Shown piece after piece: positions 18,897-28,820 of a stretch of DNA of 64,000 nucleotides. The notes under the pieces were generated by a model that saw only the letters and a program-made list of their open reading frames with translations, did no database searches and was not told the DNA's origin. Made by a program: the position numbers and the translations under genes. This DNA comes from an uncultured delta proteobacterium. Its GTDB lineage: Bacteria; Desulfobacterota; Binatia; Binatales; Binataceae. Positions within the stretch are counted from its first letter, which is position 1. Each line of letters opens with the position of its first letter. The stretch is taken from NCBI GenBank assembly GCA_963765675.1, contig CAVXXK010000001.1, positions 2,368,001 through 2,432,000 of the forward strand, written 5' to 3'.

Positions 18897-20288
18897 ATGA
18901 TCAATCCGTATATCGAGGCTTGGGAGTTGCGCGAGCTGGTGCGCAAGAAGGAAATCCGCCCGCGCGAAGTCGCCGATTTTTTTCTGGCTCGAATCGAGCA
19001 GCTCAATTCGAAACTCGGCGCGTTCATCACGGTCACGCCCGAGCAGGCGCTCGCCGACGCGGCGAAGCTCGAGAAGGTCAGCAGCGCCGAGGCGGCGGCG
19101 ATGCCGCTGTTCGGCGTCGCCTACTCGCTCAAGGATCTGACCTGGACCAAAGATATCCGCACCACGTTCGGGTCGAAGAACTACGAGAACTGGCGCGCGC
19201 CGGCCGACGCCGAACTCGCGACGCGGCTCAAAAACTCGGGCGGAATTCTGCTCGGCAAAACCTCGACACCGGAATTCGGCGCGCGTCCGACCACCGAAGG
19301 CGGGCTATGCCCGCCCGCGCGCAATCCGTGGAACCTCGAGCATACGGCGGGCGGTTCGAGCGGCGGAGCGGGCGTCTCGGTTGCCGCCGGATTGAATCCG
19401 ATTGCCCAGGGCAGCGACGGCGGAGGCTCGATTCGCATCCCGTCGGCGTGCTGCGGGATCGTCGGGATCAAGCCGTCGCGCGGGCGAATCACCGCCGCTC
19501 CCGCCGCGGGCGAAGGATGGGGCGGATTTTCGACCACCGGGCCGATGGCGCACACGGTGCGCGACGCCGCGCTGATGCTCGACGTGATGGCGGGGCATTC
19601 GCATGGCGATCCGTACGCCGCGTTTCCGAATTCGCGTCCGTTTCTGGATGCAATCGCGACCCGGCCCAAGGACTTGAAGCTCGCGGCGATAAGCGAGACG
19701 GCGCTTGGTCCGGTCGATCCGGAAACTCGCGCGGCGTTCGAAAAAGCCTGCGACACGTTCGCCGAGATGGGTCATCGCGTCGAGGTGATCAAGCTCGATC
19801 CGGGCAAGCTGCTCATCGATCATGTGCGCACCGTCGTGATCGCCGCGATTGGCGCGACCCAGTTCGAGAATCCCGATCTGATGGACCCGCTGCTGCGCGG
19901 CACCTGGGAATTCGGGCGGAAGATTCTCGCGACCGATTACCTCCGCGCGCTGACGCAGGTGCATAACATCGCGCGCGAGATCGTCCAGCGCCTGATGCCG
20001 TATGACGCGTTGCTGACGCCGACGATTACGCGTCCGGCGGTGAAGCTCGGCACGATGGCGACGCGGGTCGAAACGGCGGGTGATGAAATTTACGGATGGA
20101 CCGCGTTCGTGTTTCCGTTCAATTCGACCGGGCAGCCCGCGATCACGCTGCCTAACGGTTTCAACAAAGCGGGACTGCCGATCGGCGTGCAGATCGTAGG
20201 ACGCCCGTACGATGAAGCCGGAGTGATCGCGCTCGGTGCGGCGTTCGAGGAGGCGCGTCCCTGGAAAGGGAAGCATCCGGCGCTGTGA
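18897..20288 (+). CDS. Amidase signature family protein (tandem copy 2)
   Basis: SLKD, GGSSGG, GSDGGGSIRIPS; colinear with copy 1. Confidence 0.93.
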   Translation: MINPYIEAWELRELVRKKEIRPREVADFFLARIEQLNSKLGAFITVTPEQALADAAKLEKVSSAEAAAMPLFGVAYSLKDLTWTKDIRTTFGSKNYENWRAPADAELATRLKNSGGILLGKTSTPEFGARPTTEGGLCPPARNPWNLEHTAGGSSGGAGVSVAAGLNPIAQGSDGGGSIRIPSACCGIVGIKPSRGRITAAPAAGEGWGGFSTTGPMAHTVRDAALMLDVMAGHSHGDPYAAFPNSRPFLDAIATRPKDLKLAAISETALGPVDPETRAAFEKACDTFAEMGHRVEVIKLDPGKLLIDHVRTVVIAAIGATQFENPDLMDPLLRGTWEFGRKILATDYLRALTQVHNIAREIVQRLMPYDALLTPTITRPAVKLGTMATRVETAGDEIYGWTAFVFPFNSTGQPAITLPNGFNKAGLPIGVQIVGRPYDEAGVIALGAAFEEARPWKGKHPAL

Positions 20289-20398
20289 GGCTCAAGTGAT
20301 CGATGTCAGTGACGCGACAGTCAGCTCGTGAGGCTATACGCGATGTGAAGTGATCGCGCAGCGGCCGTGGTCGCAAACGAAAGTGGCGCGGGGATAAG

Positions 20399-21199
20399 AT
20401 GGCCGCTGCGATGGCTCCCCGCACGCATCAATTCTACGCGATCGCATTCGAAGAAAACTTCGCATTGCGTCAGCTCGCCGCAGCGTTTCCGGCGGCGCGG
20501 CTGGCGGGACACGAGCTGTTCATTCCCGTCGATTCCGACGGCGCGATCTATGCCTACCGATTCGGCGCGCTAGTCACACACGATGTCCCGCCGGAGCGGC
20601 GCGAGGTTGAATTGGCGCGCATCCGCGCCGCGATCCCGAAGCTGACTGCGCAGGTGATCAGCGAAGACTATTCCGTGGTCGAGGACCCCGCCTTCCAGAC
20701 TGGAATCGTGGGCGGGACGTTGCACCTGGACAAGTTCACGCCCGCGCGGGCAAGTATCGTCGCGCTCACGATGGCGCAGAGCGCCGCGATGGAATATTAC
20801 GAGCGGATTGTCGATGACCTGTTCGCCCGCACCGGCGCGCTGGTGGAACGCCTCGAACAGCGCGGGACGGTTGCGCTCAACACCCGCCCGTTGCATCGCT
20901 TTATCGGCGAGGCGATTGCCACGCGTAGCGAGGTCTTGTCGGTGTTGCATTTGCTCGACAAGCCCGAGGCCGCCTGGGAGGACTCGGCGATGGACCGCAT
21001 CTACGAGGACCTGCGCGCCGAGTTCGATCTGGTTGACCGCTACGCCGCGCTGGAATCGAAGCTGCGCAGCGTGCAGGAGGCGCTCGAGCTGGTGCTCGAC
21101 GTTGCTCGCGACCGGCGCCTGGTGTTGCTCGAGGTCGCGATCGGCGTGCTGATCCTGATCGAGCTAATCGTAAGCCTCGTCCCGCTGATGACGCGCTAG
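20399..21199 (+). CDS. RMD1/DUF155 family protein
   Basis: FGALV, MAQSAAMEYYE, LLDKPEAAWED, EFDLVDRY, C-terminal TM LEVAIGVLILIE. Confidence 0.85.
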   Translation: MAAAMAPRTHQFYAIAFEENFALRQLAAAFPAARLAGHELFIPVDSDGAIYAYRFGALVTHDVPPERREVELARIRAAIPKLTAQVISEDYSVVEDPAFQTGIVGGTLHLDKFTPARASIVALTMAQSAAMEYYERIVDDLFARTGALVERLEQRGTVALNTRPLHRFIGEAIATRSEVLSVLHLLDKPEAAWEDSAMDRIYEDLRAEFDLVDRYAALESKLRSVQEALELVLDVARDRRLVLLEVAIGVLILIELIVSLVPLMTR

Positions 21200-22146
21200 C
21201 CCGAACGACGCAGGGGCATATCATTCATGAAGCGGATCGTGTGATCCAGGTCGATTATTCCGGCGTCGGAGCCGAGCCCTTGCGCGACCAGCGCGGCGGC
21301 CGCATTCGCCAGGCGCATGCACTCGCGCGGGGTCCATTGGAGCAGCATCGCGCGGATAAATCCGGCGCAGTAGGCGTCGCCGCATCCAGACGTATCGACG
21401 ACATCGATCTCGTACGCCGGCAGATGCACGGTTTCGCGCGCCGTCATCATCAGGCTGCCGTCGCCGCCCATCGTCAGCACGACGCCGGGTGCTCCGCGCG
21501 CCAGCAGGATGCGCGCGGCTTCGTCGGGAGTGCGCGTTGCGGTCAGACCGCAAGCCTGATCGGCGTTGGGCATGAACCAATCGACCAGAGGCAGGCACGG
21601 CGCGAGAATCTCGAGCGTCCGCGGCGCGCCCTCGCTCAGGATGTCCATGCTGGTCGATGCGCCGGCGGCTTTCGCGCGGCGGAGAATCTCGACAGCGCCG
21701 CCGCGCCCGAGCCCGCGCATCACGTCGGTACCGCCCATGTGCAGATGCGCGGCGCTCTCGATGAGTTTCCACGGAACATCGGCCATCGTGAAATAGGGAT
21801 TGGCCCCGATCGCGTGCAGGGCAGGGCGGTCGCCGTTGGGGCGGATCGGCAGGATGCTGGCCGAGGTCTGAACTCCGGGCTTGCGCACGATGTGGCTCGT
21901 GTCGATTCCGAAGCTGGCGAGCGCGCGGACCAGCACGTCGCCCAGAGTGTCGTCGCCAATTGCGCCGACCGACGCGACATTAAGCCCGAGCTTCGCCAGT
22001 CCGACGGCGGTACCGGCCGCGGAACCGGCGGGAGCGATGCGAATCTGCTCGAGGATCGCGCCGCCCTGTCCTTCGGGAATATGCGTGACTGGGCGCCCGA
22101 GGATATCGAGCACGTGCGCGCCGAACGCGACGACGAGCGCGGTCAT
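21196..22146 (-). CDS. PfkB family carbohydrate kinase
   Basis: AGSAAGTA, GAIGDD, PNAD, VVDTSGCGDAY. Confidence 0.9.
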   Translation of the reverse strand: MTALVVAFGAHVLDILGRPVTHIPEGQGGAILEQIRIAPAGSAAGTAVGLAKLGLNVASVGAIGDDTLGDVLVRALASFGIDTSHIVRKPGVQTSASILPIRPNGDRPALHAIGANPYFTMADVPWKLIESAAHLHMGGTDVMRGLGRGGAVEILRRAKAAGASTSMDILSEGAPRTLEILAPCLPLVDWFMPNADQACGLTATRTPDEAARILLARGAPGVVLTMGGDGSLMMTARETVHLPAYEIDVVDTSGCGDAYCAGFIRAMLLQWTPRECMRLANAAAALVAQGLGSDAGIIDLDHTIRFMNDMPLRRSG

Positions 22147-22844
22147 GATCGTGGAGCGGCAAGCGCGCGTCTGCGCGCGATCTCGCGATTCTGGCGCTCC
22201 AACGTGGCGGTATGAAGCTGCGCGGCGATTTCTTCGGGCAGCGTCGTGACAGCGTGTCCGGTCGCGAGCGCCTGAACATAGATCGCGGCGGTCTTTTCCA
22301 GCAGCTCGACAAAGGTGAAGGTCTTTTCGAGGTCGGCGCCGACGCATAGCGCGCCGTGGTTCTGCATGATGTAGCAGTGGCATCGGTTGGCGAGCGCGCG
22401 GGTCACGTTGTCGTGCAGCTCGCGCGAGCCGGACAGCGCATAGGGAATCAGGTCGACGCGGCTGCCAATCGCGAGCGTGACCTCGTCGAACATCGGCGGG
22501 ATCGACGCGTCGATCACACTGCATACGCTCGCGCCCGACTGATGGGTATGGATGACGGCGCTTACGTCTTCGCGCGTGCGATAGGCCGCGATGTGCATCG
22601 GAGTCTCGATCGACGGCTTGCGCTCGCCCTCGATCCGCTTGAGATCCAAATCGATGATGCAGATATCGTCGGCGGTCATCGCGCCGTAGGGCAGCCGGGT
22701 CGGCGTGACCGCGATCGCGTCTTCGCCTTCGATCCGCATCGAAACGTTTCCGGCGCTGCCCGAATGCGAGCCGAAATAGCCGTACTCGGACAGGCGTTTG
22801 CTCATCTCGAGGACGCGACGTTTGTAATCGTCGTATGAGCTCAT
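22143..22844 (-). CDS. Class II aldolase/adducin family protein (FucA-like)
   Basis: GNVS, PSIETPMH, HTH, QNHG Zn ligands. Confidence 0.9.
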   Translation of the reverse strand: MSSYDDYKRRVLEMSKRLSEYGYFGSHSGSAGNVSMRIEGEDAIAVTPTRLPYGAMTADDICIIDLDLKRIEGERKPSIETPMHIAAYRTREDVSAVIHTHQSGASVCSVIDASIPPMFDEVTLAIGSRVDLIPYALSGSRELHDNVTRALANRCHCYIMQNHGALCVGADLEKTFTFVELLEKTAAIYVQALATGHAVTTLPEEIAAQLHTATLERQNREIARRRALAAPRS

Positions 22845-22921
22845 CGTGCCGGACCTACGACAATCTTTCAGGTGACGCGCTTGCGCGTCAATGCGGGAGA
22901 GTTGCAGGCCGCGCGCGGCGC

Positions 22922-23526
22922 TCAGTCGTGCTTGAACAGATGCTCGCCTTCGCGATGCTCGAACTTTTGCTGGTGCGAGCGAAAACGGCGGCTGACTTCA
23001 GAGCGCTCTTCGGGGGTCATCGCCTGCCAGCGTTTGTAATTTTCCATCACATGCGCGCGCTGCTGCGGCGGTAGCTGCTGAAAATGCTGATAGCGCTGCA
23101 TGATCTGCTGCCGGCGATCGGGCGGAAGCTGTTTGAAGTGATTGTAGGACTGGCGCAACTGCTCGCGACGCTCGGGCGGAAGCGAGCGCCATTGGCGCAT
23201 CCCGCGCAGGACTTGCTGGCGCTGGTCGGGCGGCAGGCTGCGGAACTGATGGAAGTTCTGCTCGACTGAATTTCGCTGCTCGGGCGACATCGTCCTCCAC
23301 TGCCGATAATTTTCCAGCACACGTTCGCGCTGATCGGGCGTGAGCGCGTTCCATTGGTCCGCGCGCCGCGAGATGAGAGCCTGCTCGGCGGCATTGCGCG
23401 GCTGCCCGGGCGCGAATCCCTGGGCATCGGCAAATACGGCGCGAACGCGCTCAGAAGCATCGCGAGGCCGACAATCGCCGCCGTAAAGCTCAAGCGTCGC
23501 ATGAGATTTATTCGCCGGGGCGCCAT
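22922..23526 (-). CDS. DUF3106-type secreted helical repeat protein, apparent frameshift near 23440
   Basis: Signal peptide in the 23047 frame; seven (W/F)xx(L/M)xPxxR repeats in the 22922 frame. Confidence 0.8.
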
Positions 23527-23840
23527 CACTCGGTCTCCTGGTCGCCAGCCGGCGGAGGTAGTTGGAAGGTTTGCGGCGGTGGTGGTGGCGCGTAGGAATT
23601 GGGAGGCGGCGATCCGTTTGGTCCCAGGTAGCCGAGCGCGTTTAGCGTCTGGATCTGCTCGAGCATCGACCCGTCGCCGCCGCCGTTCTGCGCGGCCGCG
23701 TTGGGATTGGGTTTGAACAAATCCAGATTGAGCAGCATGTTCAGATCCGGCGGCGGATCGTTCTGCGCCTGCGCCGCCGGGGCTGAGGATATGAGCAGAG
23801 CGAGTAACATCGCGCTTGCCAGGCTAGGACCGCTTTTCAT
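23526..23840 (-). CDS. Small secreted Pro-rich hypothetical protein in the ECF operon
   Basis: Signal peptide ...AAQA-Q, LLNLDLF; overlaps both neighbours. Confidence 0.7.
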   Translation of the reverse strand: MKSGPSLASAMLLALLISSAPAAQAQNDPPPDLNMLLNLDLFKPNPNAAAQNGGGDGSMLEQIQTLNALGYLGPNGSPPPNSYAPPPPPQTFQLPPPAGDQETE

Positions 23841-24354
23841 TGGTTGTGTCCGTGGACGTAAACTCATCCAGATGCTCGATCACATCATAGTTCTCAAGCA
23901 AGTCCAGATGCTCGACCACGGGATAATCGCGAAGCAGGCCGATATCAGTCACGCCGATCGCATCCTCCATCGCAAGTTGATCGACCGGCGGTGCTCCGAT
24001 CTGCGAGCGCGGACTGAGCGTCAGGATCAGCACGATCGCGGCGACCACGGCCCCGGCCGTCGCCATCGAGGCCCACGCGATCCGCGGCGACCACCATCCG
24101 ACGCGTGAAGTTTGCGGACGATCGCGGCGCGCGGCGATCTTGCGATGCAACTCAGCGCGATAGACGCTCCAGTCGGGCTCGGCGATCTGCGCGACGTCGA
24201 TCGCGATCGTCTTGAGCACGGCGGCGAACGCCTCGGCGTCGTCGCGGCATCGCGCGCATCCGGCCAGATGGTCGGCGACGCGCTCGCGCTCTTCGGCGCT
24301 CAACTCACCGCGCAGATAGGGCGCGATCTCGGTCTCGGGATGTCGCTCGAGCAT
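23824..24354 (-). CDS. Zinc-finger (zf-HC2) anti-sigma factor
   Basis: YLRGELS...HLAGCARC (HxxxCxxC), one TM helix, directly downstream of the sigma gene. Confidence 0.9.
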   Translation of the reverse strand: MLERHPETEIAPYLRGELSAEERERVADHLAGCARCRDDAEAFAAVLKTIAIDVAQIAEPDWSVYRAELHRKIAARRDRPQTSRVGWWSPRIAWASMATAGAVVAAIVLILTLSPRSQIGAPPVDQLAMEDAIGVTDIGLLRDYPVVEHLDLLENYDVIEHLDEFTSTDTTNEKRS

Positions 24355-24369
24355 CGCCTTTAGCCGTCC

Positions 24370-24939
24370 TTACTCATTTTTCCGCATGGTTTTCTTAAGA
24401 TGCGCGAGTGCGCGATGAATGTGCACGCGCGCAGTGCTCTCGGAGCACTTAAGTATCGCCGCGATCTCGCGGCTGGTGAGACCCTCTTCGCTCTGAAGCA
24501 ACACTGCCGCCTTTTGAGTCGGAGACAATCCTTCGAGCGCGACGCGCAGGCGCCTGCCCGCATCGCCACTGATCGCCAGCGCCTCAGGCCCCGGCTCGGT
24601 TGACGGCGGATCGACCGGTGGCGAGTCGGGGTCGTCGTCCTGAGTCGAGAAGGGAACCATCTTGCGCCACCATTTGTTGCGCCGTTTGTGATCGATGCAG
24701 AGGTTGACGACGATCCGGTAGAACCAGGTTGAAAATTTGGAGCGGCCGTCAAACTTGCCCGCCGACTCGTACAGCCGGATGAAAGCATCCTGAGATACGT
24801 CGTGGGCGTCGGACTCGTTACCGAGAATCGAGCAGGCGAGCCTGAATGCTCGAGCCTGATGACGATCGAGCAGAGCCTCGAACGCCGCGGCGTCGTGCTC
24901 GGCAACCTGCCTGCAAAGTTCTTCATCGGACTGCACCAC
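24370..24939 (-). CDS. ECF sigma-70 factor
   Basis: DAHDVSQDAFIR, FSTWFYRIVVNLCID, EGLTSREIA...HRA. Confidence 0.95.
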   Translation of the reverse strand: MVQSDEELCRQVAEHDAAAFEALLDRHQARAFRLACSILGNESDAHDVSQDAFIRLYESAGKFDGRSKFSTWFYRIVVNLCIDHKRRNKWWRKMVPFSTQDDDPDSPPVDPPSTEPGPEALAISGDAGRRLRVALEGLSPTQKAAVLLQSEEGLTSREIAAILKCSESTARVHIHRALAHLKKTMRKNE

Positions 24940-25031
24940 AGCGACCGGTCCCTCTCTGGTTTGGCCGGCCGCGTCCCCTTTGGGGGACTTTGCTATTCGG
25001 CCGCGTGGCCGATGCTACCCTTACCGGCCCG

Positions 25032-25061
25032 TTGGACGAAACCAGATGTACATTCGTTTAC
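25032..25061 (-). promoter_or_regulatory. ECF-type promoter of the sigma operon (probably autoregulatory)
   Basis: GTAAAC-N17-CGTCCAA on the minus strand. Confidence 0.7.
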
Positions 25062-25148
25062 ATTGCGGGCGGCGCGATCGTGGTATTGAAATCTTCGCCG
25101 ATTTTCCGCCTGAGGTGGTGCAATCGTCATCGGAGAATTCCAAGCCTG

Positions 25149-25178
25149 GTAAACGGATGCGAGGTGATAGGCGTCCAA
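25149..25178 (+). promoter_or_regulatory. ECF-type promoter of the divergent secreted repeat protein
   Basis: GTAAAC-N17-CGTCCAA, identical boxes and spacing to 25032..25061. Confidence 0.7.
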
Positions 25179-25255
25179 GTTGCTGAAGCAGACGAGATCG
25201 CGGTGAACGCCAAATCTTATCCAGACCAGCTTCGTAGAACTCAGGAGGACTTGCG

Positions 25256-25966
25256 GTGAAGAAGACATTGACAACTTTTGCGGCGATGGTTTTTGTCGGC
25301 GCGATGGGGACCGCGGCGATGGCGCAGGTGCCCTACAACGGCGGCTACGGACAGGGAATCGGCGCGAAGCAGGTGAATCGCTTCCAGAACGGCTACCTGG
25401 ACGAGCATCCGGAAGTCGCCAGCGAGCTCGGACACAATCCGGCGCTGGTGGATAATCCGCAGTTCATGGCGAACCATCCGGGGCTGCGCGACTACTTCGA
25501 GAGCCATCCGGGCGTCCGCGCCGACATCCGGGCGCATCCGGACCGCTTCATGAGCGACGAATGGAAGCACGACGCGTGGCATCAGCCTGGGTACGGACAC
25601 GGTTATGGCTACGGCTATGGGCACGGATATGGCCCGGGAATCGGTGCACCGCAGCTGAATCGCTTCCAGAACGGTTACCTGGATGAGCATCCGGAAGTCG
25701 CGCAAGAGCTCGGACGCAATCCGGGTCTGGTGGACAATCCGCAGTTCATGGCGAACCATCCGGGGCTGCAACAGTACTTTGCGAATCATCCGGAAGTCCG
25801 CGCCGATCTCAAGGCCCATCCGGACCGATTCATGAACGATGAGTGGAGGAATGACGCGTGGCATCACCCGGGGTATGCGCATCCGATGGCGAACGGCGTA
25901 GCGAATCCGGTTGCCCACACGGGTTGGCAGACTCATCCGATGCAGCATTACAACCAGAGACACTAA
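25256..25966 (+). CDS. Secreted protein with two ~80-aa His-Pro-rich repeats and a Gly-Tyr linker
   Basis: SD AGGAGG plus GTG, signal peptide AMA-Q, 282-bp internal duplication (NRFQNGYLDEHPEVA...AHPDRFM.DEW). Confidence 0.9.
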   Translation: MKKTLTTFAAMVFVGAMGTAAMAQVPYNGGYGQGIGAKQVNRFQNGYLDEHPEVASELGHNPALVDNPQFMANHPGLRDYFESHPGVRADIRAHPDRFMSDEWKHDAWHQPGYGHGYGYGYGHGYGPGIGAPQLNRFQNGYLDEHPEVAQELGRNPGLVDNPQFMANHPGLQQYFANHPEVRADLKAHPDRFMNDEWRNDAWHHPGYAHPMANGVANPVAHTGWQTHPMQHYNQRH

Positions 25967-25992
25967 ATCCGAAGTGATGCTTTAACTTCTCG

Positions 25993-26028
25993 CGCCGCCG
26001 GAGCCAGCCTCCGGCGGTGTCTTTTTTT
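25993..26028 (+). terminator. Rho-independent terminator
   Basis: CGCCGCCGGAG / CTCCGGCGGTG stem plus T7. Confidence 0.8.
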
Positions 26029-26107
26029 GGCGGACACGCTCTTCGCGAGCAGTCGTCGTGGTGTATAAGAGAAAAACGCGGCGCAGGTCCGCGCGGGAGG
26101 TTTTCCG

Positions 26108-26992
26108 ATGGCGAGCGAGATGTTCACGAAGGTGCTCGAGATCGTCAGGGCACAACCGATGAATCCAAATGCCACCCCAGCGCAGCGGCGTGCCGGGATG
26201 GAGAAGATCAGCGAGCATGTCGCGCGCGATGTCACCTGCACGCCCGTCGATGCGGGCGGGATTCCCGCCGAATGGGTCGAGGCTCCGGGCGCCGCGCCGG
26301 ACCGAGTCATACTCTATCTGCACGGCGGCGGTTACGTGATGGGTTCGATCGGGACGCATCGCGCGATGGTTGCGCGAATCGCGCGCGCTTCTAACTCGCG
26401 AGCCCTGTTGATCGATTACCGGCTCGCGCCGGAGCATCCGTTTCCCGCCGCGGTTGATGACGCCGTAGCTGCTTATCGATGGCTCATCGCGCAGGGCTGT
26501 AAGCCGGGTAGAATCGTGATTGCTGGGGATTCGGCGGGTGGAGGCCTCGTGCTCGCGACGCTGCTCAAGCTGCGCGATACGGGCGTCACGCTGCCGGCGG
26601 CGGGGGTCGGGATCTCACCCTGGACGGACCTCGAAGGCACCGGGGAATCGGTCAAGACGAAGGCGGCGATCGATCCGATGGTCACGCAGGAGAATCTGTC
26701 GATCTCGGCGAAGACCTATTACGCGGATCACGATCCCAAAAATCCGCTTATTTCCCCGATCCACGCCGACTTTCGCGGATTGCCGCCGCTCCTGCTCCAG
26801 GTCGGCGAGTCGGAGATCCTGCTCGACGACGCGACGCGGGTCGCCGCGCGTGCAAAAGCCGCGGGCGTCAACGTCGAGATCGAGATCTGGCCCGAGATGA
26901 TCCATGTATGGCACGTGTTCGCGAAGATTCTCCCCGAGGGCCAGCAAGCAATCGACAAGATCGGCAAGTTCGTGATCGCGCTCACGACGTGA
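26108..26992 (+). CDS. Alpha/beta hydrolase, HSL (family IV) esterase
   Basis: HGGG, DYRLAPEHP, GDSAGG, HVW. Confidence 0.93.
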   Translation: MASEMFTKVLEIVRAQPMNPNATPAQRRAGMEKISEHVARDVTCTPVDAGGIPAEWVEAPGAAPDRVILYLHGGGYVMGSIGTHRAMVARIARASNSRALLIDYRLAPEHPFPAAVDDAVAAYRWLIAQGCKPGRIVIAGDSAGGGLVLATLLKLRDTGVTLPAAGVGISPWTDLEGTGESVKTKAAIDPMVTQENLSISAKTYYADHDPKNPLISPIHADFRGLPPLLLQVGESEILLDDATRVAARAKAAGVNVEIEIWPEMIHVWHVFAKILPEGQQAIDKIGKFVIALTT

Positions 26993-27047
26993 AGGTGTAC
27001 AATTCAATCGACTTCAATCGAAGGGTACACGATCAGGAGAAACCGAA

Positions 27048-27275
27048 ATGGATCGCACATTCACGGCTTATGTCGAGTTTGACGCCGATGCCAAATTATA
27101 CGTCGGCACAGTTCCGGGATTAGCCGGAGCGCATAGTCAGGGCGCCACGCTCGATGAGTTGCGCGATAACCTGCGCGAAGTGATCAGCCTAATTGTCGAA
27201 GAGCGACAATCGCGAGGCGAAGTGCTTGAAATCGATCCCTTTGTCGGAATCCAGCAAATCGTAGTAACCGCGTGA
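27048..27275 (+). CDS. hicB: HicB family antitoxin (short form)
   Basis: YVGTVPGLAGAHSQGATLDELRDNLREVI. Confidence 0.88.
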   Translation: MDRTFTAYVEFDADAKLYVGTVPGLAGAHSQGATLDELRDNLREVISLIVEERQSRGEVLEIDPFVGIQQIVVTA

Positions 27276-27502
27276 GCAAGCTGCCCATCGTCAGTACGCG
27301 GACGATGGAGAAGCTACTCCGTGACATGGGTTTCGTGGCAGTTCGACAGAAAGGCAGCCACATCTTTTTCAGGCATCCAGATGGCAGAACCACGACCGTC
27401 CCGAGGCATAGTGGACGTGACTTGGCGCGCCCTCTAATCCGCGAGATTTTACGCGAGATTGATCTAGCACCAGAAGAATTCGAGCGCCTGCTCCGCGATT
27501 GA
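27272..27502 (+). CDS. hicA: HicA family mRNA interferase toxin
   Basis: GFVAVRQKGSH...HPDGRTTTVPRH; GTGA overlap with hicB. Confidence 0.92.
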   Translation: MSKLPIVSTRTMEKLLRDMGFVAVRQKGSHIFFRHPDGRTTTVPRHSGRDLARPLIREILREIDLAPEEFERLLRD

Positions 27503-27568
27503 AACACGGGACCGAAACAAAGATTTCCGGTTAAACAGCGTCACTTTGATAAATCCGCAGGAGCCGCT

Positions 27569-28806
27569 TCACACGACGCGGGCGACGGCGGGGATACGGC
27601 GCAGAACTGCGCTGGTTCCCCAGCTTAGTAGCAGTACTCCAGTGAAGACGAGGGCGCCTTTTTCGATCGCGGGTAGAGCGAATGACAGCATCGCGAATTG
27701 CAGCCATGCGGCGAACATGTAGTGGAGCAGATACATCGCGTATTCGTTGGCGCTCAGGCTGTCCCAGATCCAACGGCGGTGATTGGCGAAACGGATGAAC
27801 AGTGCGAGGAAGGCGAAGGAGAGACTCGCGCACGTGATCGCGTAGATGCCACCGTTCAGGACTCCGAGCAGAGCAGGATGGATCGCGTTGCGGTCGGCTA
27901 GTGCGATGAAGAAAAAAACTGCGCTCGATAAAAACGCGATCAGGCCCCATACGACCCAGCCGCCCCAGTGACGCGCGAGAATTCCGTCGGACGCGACGAG
28001 GCCATGATCAATGCCACATGCGCCGACTCCGATTCCGGCGAGAAAATAAATCGCATAGTGAAACAAGCGCGAGGTCTGGAACTGAAATAGTCCGATGCTG
28101 GTCCAGTACTCCGCGCTGTAGATGAAAGTTATTGGTGTGTAGGCCGCGAACGAGACCGCGGTGATCAGCAGGAAGAAGCGAATCGGATGCGCCCGCGCAT
28201 TGGATGCGATCCGTCCGAGCGCGTCGCCGAAGTTCGGTATAGCCACGAATAGCCCTGCGGCGACAAGGTCGAACGCCAGCAGCATCCAGATGAACCAGGC
28301 CGGACCTGCGGGCCAATCGCCCAACGACATCCATGCGTGAACGAAGCCAACGAACCCACGGCCGCCGCTTTGAAGATAGGCGGGGTAGTAGGCGATTGGC
28401 GCGACGATCGCCGCGGCGGCCAGAAATGGAATGCCGAGCCGGATCAATCGATCGCGCGCGAACCTCGCGCGCGCCCTTGCGCCGGAGACTCGACCATACG
28501 AACAGTCCCGAGACAAAGAACATCAGCGACATGAAGAAGGCGTCGTTGAAGCCGAAGAACAGATTGAATCCCGCCCAATGCGCGTGCGGATCGACCACCG
28601 GAAATGCGCGCCAGGACTCAGGCGGAGCCAGCAGCGATTTCGCAGGCGATGGCGCCGCCTTGAGATAGGCGAGCACCGAATGATGCGCGAGGACCAGCAC
28701 CACCAGGAAACCGCGAAGGTACCCGAGCGCAAGATTGTAGGCCGGCCGCGGCTCGGGCGGCGGAAGATGACTCGACTCGGAGGCCGTCAGAGACGCCCCC
28801 GATCAT
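27569..28806 (-). CDS. Acyltransferase 3 family (OpgC/MdoC-like) membrane protein, apparent frameshifts near 28798 and 28465
   Basis: YLRGFLVVLVLAHH, FFMSLMFFVSG, DRLIRLGIPF, GPAWFI and YAMYLLH are spread over different frames. Confidence 0.8.
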
Positions 28807-28820
28807 TTCTCACGATGACC

